Positions 29,855 through 40,301 of a DNA stretch of 64,000 nucleotides are shown one piece after another. The translations under genes and the position numbers were made by a program. The DNA is taken from the NCBI GenBank assembly GCA_963666345.1, contig OY762721.1:2464001-2528000 (forward strand), written 5' to 3'. Below the pieces are notes generated by a model. The model did no database searches and was not told where the DNA came from. It saw nothing but the letters and a program-made list of their open reading frames with translations. The stretch is from Desulfatiglandales bacterium (GTDB taxonomy: Bacteria; Desulfobacterota; DSM-4660; Desulfatiglandales; Desulfatiglandaceae). Position 1 is the first letter of the stretch. The number at the start of each line of letters is the position of its first letter.

Positions 29855-30393
29855 CTGTTTTAATCCCTCCTCTCAATGTTTGCTCAGCCTATTTAAAAAG
29901 TAGAAAAACGAGGCTTCATGTTTTGGTTTGCTTATGTGAATAAAAAAGGTCCCTCCGGTTGATAATCAGGACTGTTAATTTTATCGGAAATCTGTCAGAT
30001 AACTTTAGTAATATTGATAGAAATTCCGGAGAATTTTTACAGATGACATGTTCAGGCGGACGCATAAGGGGTTGTGCCGGGAAAATCGGGCGGACAAAAA
30101 CAGGTGATGTCGGTTGGTTACAAAAAATATTGAGGGATTTTGAAAAAGGGAAGGGGGGCTGTTTAAATAGATAGAATCTCTGTTCAACCTTTGTTCATGA
30201 ATTATCTTCTCTGAAAGGTCAGGCAAATTTCACCTGATTGCGATCTGACAGGAGTCGTTTTGGCGGTTTATGGTAACCTTGGAACAGTACCGGATGGACC
30301 AACTTTTTGTTGACATGGGCGGACCGTCATAATAGAAATTGTACAAACAGGGCACGAAACCCTATAACACGCATAAAGACATTAAAAATTAAC

Positions 30394-30447
30394 AAAAGCC
30401 ACGAAGGTGATTTTCCATGAACAGGGGATACCTCCGTGGCTTTTTTT
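30394..30447 (+). terminator. Terminator-like hairpin in the 5' leader of the fmdE genes
   Basis: AAAAGCCACGAAGGTG...TACCTCCGTGGC followed by T7; TTGACA at 30310 upstream. Confidence 0.7.
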
Positions 30448-30667
30448 ATTCTCCGAGATGAGGGTTCCGGCTAAACGATCAAAAATAAAACCGGGCATGC
30501 CTGATTTCAGAGTGGCCAAATAATCGGGAATGAAAGCTGAGCAGGTCAACATGGAGCAGTATAAGGCAAGGATGGCGGCCGGAAAGGCGGTTTATGATTT
30601 AAGGCCTGTTTGAATGTAATCCGAATGCGTTCGTGAACGTAGATAACTTATTATACAAGGAGAAACA

Positions 30668-31279
30668 ATGAGCAATAAGACGATAAACAAAGAGCTCATT
30701 GAAAAGACGATCCGTTTTCATGGCCACTGGTGCCCCGGGCTTGCCGTAGGCATCCGTGCTTCGGAGTGGGCCTTGAAGGAAATGGGGAGTGCCCGGGATG
30801 AAGAGATCGTGGCAGTGGTGGAAACCGATATGTGCGCGGTGGATGCGGTGCAGTATCTTACCGGTTGCACTTTCGGCAAGGGCAATTTGATCCATAAGGA
30901 CTATGGCAAGAATGCCTTCACTTTCTACCGGCGGAAGGACGGCAAGGCGGCACGCTTGGTCGCTCGACCGGACATTTACGGGGGGGCCGGGGTAACCCTT
31001 GGCAAACTTCATGGTAAGATGCTGGACAAAGGACTTGATCAGGAAGAGCAGAAACTCTGGCGAGAAACCAGGACCGGCATTTCCAGCCAGGTAATGAAAT
31101 CCGAGCTGATTGACCTTTTTGAGATCAAGGCACCTGTTGACCCTGTTCCGAAAATGGCCCGGATACTGTCTCCCATGGTGTGCGAATCGTGCGGGGAGAC
31201 CGTCATGGAGACCCGCACACGTCATTTCGGAGGGCGGCTTTTGTGCATCCCCTGTTTTGACATCAGGGAAAGACGTTAG
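30668..31279 (+). CDS. FmdE family protein with C-terminal C4 zinc finger
   Basis: FHGHWCPGLAVG, ETDMCAVDAVQ..TGCTFGKGNL, CESCGE...LCIPC. Confidence 0.9.
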   Translation: MSNKTINKELIEKTIRFHGHWCPGLAVGIRASEWALKEMGSARDEEIVAVVETDMCAVDAVQYLTGCTFGKGNLIHKDYGKNAFTFYRRKDGKAARLVARPDIYGGAGVTLGKLHGKMLDKGLDQEEQKLWRETRTGISSQVMKSELIDLFEIKAPVDPVPKMARILSPMVCESCGETVMETRTRHFGGRLLCIPCFDIRERR

Positions 31280-31413
31280 TTTCAGGAATTGATCGACTGT
31301 TTATGCTTAATAAAGTGCTAAAAATGAGGGGCAGGAAGCCGCTTATGACGAAATTTCATCTTGATCGGGCTCTGCATTTTCAGAAGAAAAGAGTATGTCC
31401 ACGAGCTTGAACG

Positions 31414-32493
31414 ATGTTTAGGAGGCTTATCATGCTAAAAATGAAACGAATGTCCATTTTTTTCTTGATCCTCGCACTTTTGATCGCTCCCGCTGCCTGG
31501 GCCGGGGACGATCCGGCCTGGCTTGAAACGGGCCGGAAAACACTCACCCGGGCCATGTCTCAAATTGGTCTTTCCAAAGCCGATCCCAATCTGCTTGTGT
31601 TGACGAACGCAGGCTATGGAAACGTCGCCGGAAAAAGCACCGAAGCCTTTCTCGATATAACCATGCAGGAGACAGGATGCAGCCCGGGGGCCCGTTCTTT
31701 TCTGCCGGTACACACAGGTGTCCGGGAACCGCTTTGGTGCTCGGTTTACCGAAAGGATACTGGCGGGCTGGTTTTCCTCAAGTGGACAGGAAAGGGCTTT
31801 GAATTGCAGATGATTGATGCGTCCCCGGCCAATATCCTGACCCCTGATGGTTGGAAAGAGGCCGGTTCAGGCCTTATCGGCGGGAGGCTTTTTTCCGTGG
31901 CAAGCCTTTGCGTTACCTGCGCGGTGGATCCTCCGTGGGCACTGCTTACGGCTGCCTTATTCCATGATCATTTCTGTCCCGGTGTCAATTCAGGATATAT
32001 GGCCGGGCTGTATGTCCTGGACAAATTGCCGCTAAGGCCAGGTGAAAGATATGTATTTGTTACTTCGCCCGGCAAGTGTGCTGCCGACGCCCTCCAGGTC
32101 ATGTTGAATACCACCGCCGGAAAAGGCTCAGGTTATACAATGGCTATAGGCGGAGGATCACTTGCAGGGTATGAAAAGGACGGGGTTCGACCGCTGATCA
32201 TTGCCATGCGTGTAAACAGTAAGGCTGACACCTGTGACGGCAGAGTGCTCGGTTTCAACTGGAACAAGGCCTATAGAGACACGGGCGTCAAGGCCGATGA
32301 AATGTCACCAAAAGGCGGCCCCGGCAATCCGATATTCTGGATCTCAAGGACGAAGATGTCCCGTGAACTCGCCCGGCTGTCCAAGGGGGAAATGCTTGCC
32401 TATATCAAGGACTTCAGGGCTTTTTCCGGAAATGCGGATTTGGTGGACCGGATAGCGGGCGGTGATCCTTACTCAGTTGTATGGAACCGGTAA
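31414..32493 (+). CDS. Secreted FmdE-family protein
   Basis: Signal peptide ending AWA; LTNAGY; FHDHFCPGVNSG; C.ADALQV.L..T.GK. Confidence 0.75.
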   Translation: MFRRLIMLKMKRMSIFFLILALLIAPAAWAGDDPAWLETGRKTLTRAMSQIGLSKADPNLLVLTNAGYGNVAGKSTEAFLDITMQETGCSPGARSFLPVHTGVREPLWCSVYRKDTGGLVFLKWTGKGFELQMIDASPANILTPDGWKEAGSGLIGGRLFSVASLCVTCAVDPPWALLTAALFHDHFCPGVNSGYMAGLYVLDKLPLRPGERYVFVTSPGKCAADALQVMLNTTAGKGSGYTMAIGGGSLAGYEKDGVRPLIIAMRVNSKADTCDGRVLGFNWNKAYRDTGVKADEMSPKGGPGNPIFWISRTKMSRELARLSKGEMLAYIKDFRAFSGNADLVDRIAGGDPYSVVWNR

Positions 32494-32512
32494 CCTATCG
32501 CATGTAAACAGA

Positions 32513-32543
32513 GCCCGGGGCGAGTTCGGCAAACGCCCCGGGC
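32513..32543. terminator. GC-rich hairpin after the secreted FmdE gene
   Basis: GCCCGGGGCG...CGCCCCGGGC perfect 10-bp stem; weak U-tract. Confidence 0.5.
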
Positions 32544-32568
32544 GTTACAATGGATATAAGAGTTACAG

Positions 32569-32997
32569 ATGAAACGTATTTGCGTGATAGACGGGCACGG
32601 CGGGGGAATCGGAGCTACGATTCTGAAGGCCTTAAAGAAAAGATTCGGTGAAACAGTTGAAATGCTGGCTCTTGGGACAAACGCGCTTGCCACCTCCCAG
32701 ATGCTGAAGGCCGGGGCAAACCGTGGTGCCACAGGGGAAAATCCCGTGATCCGTACCGTTGAGTTCGTAGATCTCATCCTTGGCCCGGTATCCATCACAT
32801 GGCCGAATGCCATGATGGGGGAGGTTACAACACTCATGGCTCAGGCAATTACCTCAAGCCTTGCCCCAAAGGTCCTTATCCCTTTACACAGGGAGAATAT
32901 CTTTCTGGTTGGCACAAGCAGGGAACCTCTGCCCCATCTGGTTGATACACTGCTTTATGACCATGTCGAGGAGATGTTGAAAGATGTACCGACTTGA
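32569..32997 (+). CDS. DUF3842 family protein
   Basis: ICVIDG.GGGIG, ALGTNA.AT..MLKAGANRGATGEN, MMGEVT..MA.A. Confidence 0.85.
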   Translation: MKRICVIDGHGGGIGATILKALKKRFGETVEMLALGTNALATSQMLKAGANRGATGENPVIRTVEFVDLILGPVSITWPNAMMGEVTTLMAQAITSSLAPKVLIPLHRENIFLVGTSREPLPHLVDTLLYDHVEEMLKDVPT

Positions 32998-33070
32998 TCT
33001 GTTTATGCCGTCAAATGGGTTTGGTCCCCTCATGTCTGGATTGAACGGTAAGGATGACCGCTTTTTGTTG

Positions 33071-33973
33071 TTAGGCGATTTCCGGCTCGGAGTGCACCGG
33101 TTCAATCCTCTTCCCACCTTTATCGAGGACCTCCTCCATTGCCCTGGGGATATGTCCTATGACCTCCATAACCTGAGATGCAGGGGTGGGGCGTGCGTAG
33201 TGTCCGGCCAGCCTGTTGATCCCGGCCGCCAGAATCGCAGCCTCCTTTGTCTTTATGCCTGAGGCGATAAGGGCCGAGACAATGCCCGTGAGACTGTCCC
33301 CTGTGCCGCCCATGGCCTCAAGCGCCTCATCTGCGGGACTGTCTATAACGGCATGAACACCCTTGTTTGAGGCAACATGATCCTGCCGTCCCTTTACAAG
33401 AAGATAGCGGGCCGCGTTTTCATGCTCATAGGCACGGCTGATGAGTTCGGGTACCTGATCTTCGTTGTGGAGAATAAAGCCTCGCGTGTAAAAGGGGTGG
33501 GGGGCCTCTTCGTCCGCCAGAAATGCCAGTTCTCCGGCGTCAGGCGTGAACAGTTCATATGCCTTTGACTGCCCGCTCATCTTGGCAGCGTACATGAACC
33601 CGGCGTCGGCTATCAGCAAGGGGGGGTGGCTTATATCCGCCAGGGCAAAAAGGACCTTGTTATGCCAGTCCACATCCGGTTGCAGGTAATGGAAGGTTAC
33701 GAACCTGAGTCCGGACCGTCCTATGCTATGGACCAAATGATCATACAGGAGACGACTGCCACGGCCCAGGCCGGTGTCTCCCACCAGATACCCCATTGGG
33801 GGGGCTAGACCCAGGACCTTACACGCCATGGCAGCTGCGGCCAGCAGGGCCGGTGTGCCCCGGTTCACAGGGACAGTCGTTTCGCCTATATGTATCCGTT
33901 CTTTTTCAAGCCTGACCCTGCCGCTTATAAGCGGGAAGTCCTTGTCAGGCACTGTTCCCACTATGCCGAGCAT
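33071..33973 (-). CDS. Ribokinase-fold YjeF/NAD(P)HX dehydratase-like protein
   Basis: LIADAG, FTPD.GEL..LA, LLVKG..D, MGGTGDSLTG; start chosen at MLGIVG. Confidence 0.8.
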   Translation of the reverse strand: MLGIVGTVPDKDFPLISGRVRLEKERIHIGETTVPVNRGTPALLAAAAMACKVLGLAPPMGYLVGDTGLGRGSRLLYDHLVHSIGRSGLRFVTFHYLQPDVDWHNKVLFALADISHPPLLIADAGFMYAAKMSGQSKAYELFTPDAGELAFLADEEAPHPFYTRGFILHNEDQVPELISRAYEHENAARYLLVKGRQDHVASNKGVHAVIDSPADEALEAMGGTGDSLTGIVSALIASGIKTKEAAILAAGINRLAGHYARPTPASQVMEVIGHIPRAMEEVLDKGGKRIEPVHSEPEIA

Positions 33974-34515
33974 TGTCTTTTCATCTCCTCGTAGGCTAAC
34001 TGAAGCGCGTATCCACATAGCGTGTGGCCGATTTCCCGGGGGCCGGGTGCATCGCTGAGGGATTTTCCGACCATTTCCTGCGCAAGATAGGGGACATCCG
34101 GGCAGCCGCCTCCCGAGACGTTCACGATGATCGAGGTCTCCTTATCAATAGTCAGTTTCATGTTGGCCGCCCGGACCATGAGGAACCGGCCAAAATCCTT
34201 AGTCTGAAAGAGATTTACGGGTCGCAGCAAGGGGCTGCTGACCGGGACCGTTTCCAGGGGCGCGACCTCCTCTTCCCGGAGCCTCCTCAGTATGTTCAGT
34301 TCTTCAATAAGGGGAAACTCGATGACCAGGTCGCAGCCGCTTCGTATCTCCGGCGGCGGCCCCATGACACGGATGTCCCATTCGCCGGCCTTGAGGATGG
34401 TCTCGGCCCTGATTACCTCACTGGTGTTTTCAAACACGAGGATCCCTCGATCAATGTTCAAGGTCTTCGAATCCGTTTCCGATTGATTTCGTTTGAAAAG
34501 TGTTAAGAATCCCAA
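33961..34515 (-). CDS. DUF3343 domain protein with Cys-containing C-terminal extension
   Basis: F..T.EVIRAE..L...V...P.EIRSGC; SGGGCPDVP, TLCGY. Confidence 0.8.
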   Translation of the reverse strand: MGFLTLFKRNQSETDSKTLNIDRGILVFENTSEVIRAETILKAGEWDIRVMGPPPEIRSGCDLVIEFPLIEELNILRRLREEEVAPLETVPVSSPLLRPVNLFQTKDFGRFLMVRAANMKLTIDKETSIIVNVSGGGCPDVPYLAQEMVGKSLSDAPGPREIGHTLCGYALQLAYEEMKRQCSA

Positions 34516-34533
34516 GCTTGATACCTCAGGTCA

Positions 34534-34752
34534 TTAATCCTTTGAAATGGTAATATTATATACTTCACCCTCCGGCCGGACGTCTTTCACCTGCCACCCT
34601 TTGCTCTCGGCCGCGCGGCTAACGTTCTCCCTGGAGGTGACCGTGTCCACCAGAATGGTGATCTCGCCTTTGCCCACAGCCTTGATTTCATCCATGGTCA
34701 TCAATACAGGTTGAGGGCAGGAAAGTCCTCTCGCATCAACTGTTGTGCTCAT
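34534..34752 (-). CDS. TusA/SirA (YedF-like) sulfur/selenium carrier
   Basis: VDARGLSCPQPVL...S.ENVSR. Confidence 0.92.
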   Translation of the reverse strand: MSTTVDARGLSCPQPVLMTMDEIKAVGKGEITILVDTVTSRENVSRAAESKGWQVKDVRPEGEVYNITISKD

Positions 34753-34753
34753 G

Positions 34754-35857
34754 TCAAATCCTCCTTGCGCTACTTTTTCTCATGGTGAAACCGATAAACA
34801 GGCAGACCAAAAGACCAATTATCACGGCTGCAATCCCGTGAGGACCTACGCCTTTCGGCGAACTTGCCAGGCCGAAGTTGTGGGCGAATCCGGCTCCAAC
34901 TATCATGCCAAGGACGAATACCGCCGAATCTCCATCACCCTCTCCGGCTAAGAAAAGCTGCCGTCCCGGACATCCTCCGGCCAGGGTAAAGGCCAATCCC
35001 GCCACAACCATGCCGCCAAAGTTCCATAAGTGCATTGTATGGGCAACCGGTTGTTTGACAAAGCCGGGGTGAAATTGTCCCACGATAAGGTTCGTGACAA
35101 ACGCAAAAACCACTAAGGCGAGGAGTCCCATAAAGAGATGGGCCTGCCGGAACAGGATCAGGTCCCGGAAGGCGCCCATTGTACAGAAACGGCTCCTTTG
35201 GGCCAGAAACCCTATTGCAAGGCCCACGATCAGGGAAATATTTATTGCTGCGTGCATGGCACCCGGTCCCTTGAGACTGTAAAAAAGTATACCGCTTTTT
35301 GCCTGTCCCCGGATCTGGGGATAGATGAGCATGAGAATGAAAAAACCGATCAAGGTCAAGGGAAGCAGCCAGCCTGCAGAGGTATAGGTCGCATGGGTCC
35401 TGCCGAGGTTATATCCGTTTTTTAGAAACCTGGTGCCGATCCAGATCCCGAAGATGAGCCCTGCAAGGCCCAGAATGGCATTTGCGTCTCCGCCTGCAAG
35501 CCTTAACAGCGCACGCCACGGGCATCCCAAAAAGACCAGCGCACCTATCATGGCAAAGGCCCCGAGCACGAACCTTACGATCGGGGCTGACCCGAGCCTG
35601 GGCCTGAATTCCCTGAAAAGGTAGGCTGCAATGAGTGAGCCGAGCACAAAGCCTATGATCTCGGGCCGCATGTACTGAACCACCCCGGCCCTGTGGAGTC
35701 CGAGTGCGCCGGCTATGTCCCTTTCAAAGCAGGCAACGCAGATTCCCATGTTGCCCGGATTGCCCCAGTTTTGAAGCAGGGAGGCAAATACCCCGATAAA
35801 TGCCCCTACCCCTATGATCCCCCATTTTGTCGCGAAGATGTTCTTTAAATGTGTCAT
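34754..35857 (-). CDS. yedE: YedE/YeeE family transporter, putative selenium-metabolism type
   Basis: GNPGNMGICVACFERDIAG, FLGCPWR..LRLAGGD, QRSRFC, GGCPGRQL. Confidence 0.88.
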   Translation of the reverse strand: MTHLKNIFATKWGIIGVGAFIGVFASLLQNWGNPGNMGICVACFERDIAGALGLHRAGVVQYMRPEIIGFVLGSLIAAYLFREFRPRLGSAPIVRFVLGAFAMIGALVFLGCPWRALLRLAGGDANAILGLAGLIFGIWIGTRFLKNGYNLGRTHATYTSAGWLLPLTLIGFFILMLIYPQIRGQAKSGILFYSLKGPGAMHAAINISLIVGLAIGFLAQRSRFCTMGAFRDLILFRQAHLFMGLLALVVFAFVTNLIVGQFHPGFVKQPVAHTMHLWNFGGMVVAGLAFTLAGGCPGRQLFLAGEGDGDSAVFVLGMIVGAGFAHNFGLASSPKGVGPHGIAAVIIGLLVCLFIGFTMRKSSARRI

Positions 35858-36363
35858 GCTGTTTTCCTCCAGGTAGTGTGATAATTCAGAGGCGCGCGGA
35901 TTTAAGAATCCCGCGCCGCCTTTTCATGTTTCAGGATTAAAAATAGTCAGAAGAAGGAATGATGAACTGTTGATTTTTTTTAAGGAAAGTCGATTTTTCA
36001 GCCTCACCCTGGACTACCTAACCCTGGCAGATATTTTTCAATGTGTTCAGGTAAAGCCGAAAAATTGATACATGCGTGAACTCCCGGCGGTAATAATCTT
36101 GACGGCTTCGCAAAGAGGCCGACTGCCCTGCCTTTGGAAATTTCTACCTCGCCGTCTGAAGCTTGGTTCGGGTAGAGGAATACAGGCTGTATGCCGATTT
36201 GTCAAACTGGAAATTCCGATAGCCACTACGCCTTTTTTAGGAATAGCCGATTGTGCTTAAAAGGTTTTCCGTTCGGTTCCGGCTGTATTTTTGAGATGCC
36301 ATCTGGTATTTATGATACTTACTGTCTTGAAGATCGACGGTCCACTTTAAAGGAGAACCATAG

Positions 36364-37251
36364 ATGAAACCTCAACGCTCCAGCCTCTATGTCCCGGGCA
36401 ATAAGGCCGCCTGGATCGAGAAGGCGACGGATTACGGCGCGGACGGCCTTGTACTGGATCTGGAGGATTCCGTACCTGTCAAGGAAAAGGCCCAGGCCCG
36501 CCTCATGGTCAAAGAGGGACTCAGGGCCCTGAAGGAAAAAGGGCAGGAATTCAGCGTACGAATAAACGGGCTTGCCACAGGGTTTGCGCGGGATGATCTG
36601 GAAGCCGTCGTCTGTCCGGAACTTGAAAGTGTCCTTTTGCCCAAGGTTGAGACGGTCGATGACATGAAAGAGCTGGACCTATTGCTGAGCCGGCTGGAAA
36701 GACGCCGCGATATGAAGCCGGGGGCCATAGAGACTCCTCTTGTGCTTGAAACCGCCAGGGCCATGCGCTCTGCCTATGATATATGCGTCGGCTGCCCGCG
36801 GGTGACAGGCGTAACCCTGGCCGCGGGCCCGGGCGGGGACGCCGGCAGATCGGTCGGATATGTCTGGTCAAAAGAGGGAACAGAGACTTTGTATATTCGC
36901 TCAAAGGCGGTGCTTGATGCCAGGGCCGCCGGAATCGACTATCCGCTCATCAGTTCCTGGTGGGATGTAGAGGATCTTGAAGGCCTGAGAAAGGACGCCA
37001 CGCTCAATCGAAGTCTCGGATTCAGGGGCCAGCAGGTCATGCACCCAAGTCACGTTCCGGTGGTAAATGAGGTGTTTACGCCCACTTCCGATGAGCTCTC
37101 TTTCTGCAAGGGGGTCATAGAAGCCGTGAAAGAGGGTGAAAAGGAGGGTAAGGCCGCTGTGAACTATAAGGGAGACATGATCGATTACGCCATGTCGAAG
37201 ACCGCCCGGCAGATGCTTGAATTCGCGCGATCGATCGGGCTAAAGGTTTAA
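36364..37251 (+). CDS. CitE/HpcH family CoA-ester lyase
   Basis: RSSLYVPGN, LDLEDSVP..EK..AR, VRIN, LPKVE, LET, GF.G....HPS.V. Confidence 0.9.
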   Translation: MKPQRSSLYVPGNKAAWIEKATDYGADGLVLDLEDSVPVKEKAQARLMVKEGLRALKEKGQEFSVRINGLATGFARDDLEAVVCPELESVLLPKVETVDDMKELDLLLSRLERRRDMKPGAIETPLVLETARAMRSAYDICVGCPRVTGVTLAAGPGGDAGRSVGYVWSKEGTETLYIRSKAVLDARAAGIDYPLISSWWDVEDLEGLRKDATLNRSLGFRGQQVMHPSHVPVVNEVFTPTSDELSFCKGVIEAVKEGEKEGKAAVNYKGDMIDYAMSKTARQMLEFARSIGLKV

Positions 37252-37267
37252 GCGACGGGTAAAAAAA

Positions 37268-38530
37268 GTGAGTTATACTGAAAAATCTCTGCGTTTGCGG
37301 ATATCGGAATTCCTCGGTCTTCAAAGAAGCACCGTGGGCGTGCTGGCAATGGTTGTGCTTGTCGGAATGGGCGAGAGGATGGCCGAGCGTTTTCTGCCCA
37401 TATATTTGATGGCCCTGGGCGGGGGCGCACTGTCCATAGGGCTTTTAAACGGGCTGGATAACCTCTTATCCGCGCTCTATTCATTCCCCGGCGGGTACCT
37501 GTCGGACAGGCTGGGCACCAAGCGGGCCCTGCTGGTCTTTAATTCGGTCGCAATGACGGGCTTTATCATCGTCATCCTTATACCGGCATGGCAGGCGGTG
37601 ATCGTGGGGGCGATCTTTTTTCTTTCCTGGACCGCCGTGTCTCTTCCAGCCACCATGAGCCTAATAGCGAGAGTCCTGCCGTCGAACAAACGGACCATGG
37701 GAGTATCCATGCATTCCCTGGTAAGAAGGATCCCGATGGCCCTGGGGCCGATCCTCGGCGGCGTATGCATAGGCCTGTGGGGGGAGAAAAACGGGGTCAG
37801 GGCGGCATTTGCGGCAGCCCTTTTCATGGTCCTTCTGGCGACATTACTTCAGCAGATACTCATTGAAGACGATGCGCCGGAATCAAAAGGTGACAACCGG
37901 GCTGCAAAACCTGAAAAAAGCCCGCTCAGGCTTTTTCATATGATGCATCCTTCTCTTAAACGGCTTCTGGTGTCAGACATCCTGGTGAGGTTCTGCGAAC
38001 AGATTCCTTATGCCTTTGTTGTGGTGTGGTGCATGAAGACCATTGATGCTCCTGTGTCCGCAGTGCAGTTCGGGGCCTTGACCGCAGTTGAGATGACTAC
38101 CGCCCTTCTCATCTACATCCCTGTTGCCTATCTGGCGGACAGGGGCACGAAGAAGCCTTTTGTGGTAATCACCTTCTCCTTTTTCACCCTCTTTCCCCTG
38201 GTGCTGCTGTTCTGTGATTCCTTTTTCTGGCTTGTGGGAGCCTTTATACTCAGGGGGTTCAAGGAATTCGGTGAGCCGACCAGGAAGGCCCTTATCATGG
38301 ATCTTGCGCCTCAAGATCGCAAGGCGGCCATGTTCGGCCTCTATTACCTTATGCGGGACGTGGTGGTGTCCTTCGCAGCCTTTGGGGGGGCGTTTCTGTG
38401 GCTGATTTCCCCTTCGGTAAATTTTCTCACCGCGTTTTCGTGCGGGCTTGCAGGAACAGTAGGTTTTGCCTTTTGGGGAAGCGATCTAAATGGCAGGGAT
38501 TCCAGGATGTTGAAGGACACGTTATCGTAA
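37268..38530 (+). CDS. MFS transporter
   Basis: About 12 TM; GGYLSDRLGTKR motif A. Confidence 0.9.
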   Translation: MSYTEKSLRLRISEFLGLQRSTVGVLAMVVLVGMGERMAERFLPIYLMALGGGALSIGLLNGLDNLLSALYSFPGGYLSDRLGTKRALLVFNSVAMTGFIIVILIPAWQAVIVGAIFFLSWTAVSLPATMSLIARVLPSNKRTMGVSMHSLVRRIPMALGPILGGVCIGLWGEKNGVRAAFAAALFMVLLATLLQQILIEDDAPESKGDNRAAKPEKSPLRLFHMMHPSLKRLLVSDILVRFCEQIPYAFVVVWCMKTIDAPVSAVQFGALTAVEMTTALLIYIPVAYLADRGTKKPFVVITFSFFTLFPLVLLFCDSFFWLVGAFILRGFKEFGEPTRKALIMDLAPQDRKAAMFGLYYLMRDVVVSFAAFGGAFLWLISPSVNFLTAFSCGLAGTVGFAFWGSDLNGRDSRMLKDTLS

Positions 38531-38584
38531 GTTAAGGGGCTTAAGCGAATAGCTCTTTTATTAAAGGTCAATGCGCGGGGGGCC

Positions 38585-38842
38585 CTATTCAGGGGGAAGG
38601 TCTTCTTTTTTAAGTGCTTCGGCGATTGCGTAGCCTTTGGGGGTAAGAAACGCGCCTGTTTTGTAATCGTTGAGCCCCACGAGGCCCTCCGCGTAAAGTC
38701 CTCTTACCGTTATAAGGGTTTGGGCCGGAGCCATGGGAAGCGCCCCTGTCAGGTCAAACAGGTCCATGATTTCAGGAGGCCCGCTTGGGTTCCATTTTTT
38801 GACCAAAAGGGCCAGCACCTTTTTTTCCTTTTCGTTTATCAT
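38585..38842 (-). CDS. Small hypothetical winged-helix-like protein
   Basis: L...GLV.......FLTPKGY..AE pattern. Confidence 0.55.
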   Translation of the reverse strand: MINEKEKKVLALLVKKWNPSGPPEIMDLFDLTGALPMAPAQTLITVRGLYAEGLVGLNDYKTGAFLTPKGYAIAEALKKEDLPPE

Positions 38843-39032
38843 CAGATTCTCTCGATATTATTTTTCCTTTTTGCAGCAAAGTCCTCCCAATACCATCTTT
38901 TGCCTGGATGTCAAGGGAATATAAACATCAAGATTATCAATCGCTAGGCTGGATACCCTCGCTTTGGGAGACTGCCTGCTAATTTTTACGCTCTTTTTGT
39001 GTTGACAAAACAGCCAATTTGCAACAAAAATC

Positions 39033-39074
39033 AATGTTGACTTTTCTATATATTTTCTATATTATGTCAACATT
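39033..39074 (+). promoter_or_regulatory. Sigma70-like promoter bracketed by a 9-bp inverted repeat (probable autoregulatory operator)
   Basis: AATGTTGAC-N24-GTCAACATT overlapping TTGACT and an AT-rich -10 region; AGGAG RBS follows. Confidence 0.6.
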
Positions 39075-39095
39075 AATTTTAGGAGAGCGGCTATC

Positions 39096-40301
39096 ATGAT
39101 TAATGAGAGAATAAAGCAAGCAAGGCTTTTGTCAGGCATGACTCAAAGTGAGGTAGTATCTAAGCTTGGAGAGCATGGGATAAAACTAACTAAAGGTGGA
39201 TTGTCTAAATATGAACGGGGAGGAAGTGTCCCATCTACTGGAGTATTGTTAAAATTAGCTAATGTTCTTTCTGTTAAAACGAATTACTTTTTTGAAGATC
39301 CGAGCATTAAAATCCAATGGTTGGCCTATCGTAAACACGTAAGTTTAGGGAAGAAAAGACAAGAACAGATTCAGGCATTTGCTGCTGAAGTACTAAATGG
39401 ACAGCTTTGGCTCCAAGAAAAACTCTACCCAAATGATATTCCTTCTTTTCCTAAACGAGAGAAAGTAAAAACGTTTAACGCTGCGGAAAATACGGCGGCT
39501 AAATTAAGAAATCACTGGAACCTTAGTGATACAGCTATTGAGAGTTTAACCGGAATAATAGAAGACAGGGGCGGGGTTGTTATAAACTATCCATATGATA
39601 ATAAGGATTTCCAGGGTTTTTCAGGGTGGGCAAATAAGAAATATGCTGTTGCTGTAGTCTGTGGTCAATCTCCAGTTGATAGATGTCGTCTTAGCCTGGC
39701 ACATGAACTTGGTCATCTTATGATGGACAATCAGGAAGTGGATCCAAAATATGAAGAAAAATTGACATATAGGTTTGCGGCGGCTTTTATTGTTCCTTCA
39801 TCTGTCGCTTTCCGTGAACTGGGGGAGCATCGAAGGCGCTTGTCTTTTCAAGAATTATCTATGCTTAAACGTAAACATGGTCTAAGCATGCAAGCGTGGA
39901 TTCGAAGGGCTTTTGATTTGGGTATTATTAAAGAGGGGCATTATAGATCTCTTAACATTGAATTAAGATCAAGAGGTTGGCATAAAAAAGAGCCTATAGA
40001 ATATAATGGTGAAGAATTACCAAGCAAATTAAAACAGATGACACTTAGGGCTTTATCAGAGGGTATCATTACGCCTATTAAGGCAGAAGAACTTTGTCCA
40101 GGTTGCAAAAATGATATTCAGCTTCCTGCCGGAGATGAGCCTATGTTATATCGTTCAGCGATAGATGCAATGAATTTACCTAAAAAGGAACGCGAGAGCC
40201 TTTTGGAAGAATCTGCATTGTTAGCCGAGAAGGTATATTCGGAGAATCCAGAGCTTTATAACTTTAGGGCATTAGGCGACGAGGATTGGGTAGATGACTG
40301 A
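39096..40301 (+). CDS. XRE HTH fused to an ImmA/IrrE Zn metallopeptidase, with acidic C-terminal extension
   Basis: ERIKQARLLSGMTQ...LSKYERG...P; R.RLSLAHELGH; FAAAFIVP. Confidence 0.9.
   Translation: MINERIKQARLLSGMTQSEVVSKLGEHGIKLTKGGLSKYERGGSVPSTGVLLKLANVLSVKTNYFFEDPSIKIQWLAYRKHVSLGKKRQEQIQAFAAEVLNGQLWLQEKLYPNDIPSFPKREKVKTFNAAENTAAKLRNHWNLSDTAIESLTGIIEDRGGVVINYPYDNKDFQGFSGWANKKYAVAVVCGQSPVDRCRLSLAHELGHLMMDNQEVDPKYEEKLTYRFAAAFIVPSSVAFRELGEHRRRLSFQELSMLKRKHGLSMQAWIRRAFDLGIIKEGHYRSLNIELRSRGWHKKEPIEYNGEELPSKLKQMTLRALSEGIITPIKAEELCPGCKNDIQLPAGDEPMLYRSAIDAMNLPKKERESLLEESALLAEKVYSENPELYNFRALGDEDWVDD

Noticed and set aside
29860..30400. c-di-GMP, cobalamin or Moco riboswitch between cheW and fmdE
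   Set aside because: Could not match the conserved cores by eye
33071..35857. Selenocysteine read-through in the selenium-associated genes
   Set aside because: ORFs are full length with Cys at motif positions; no in-frame TGA needed
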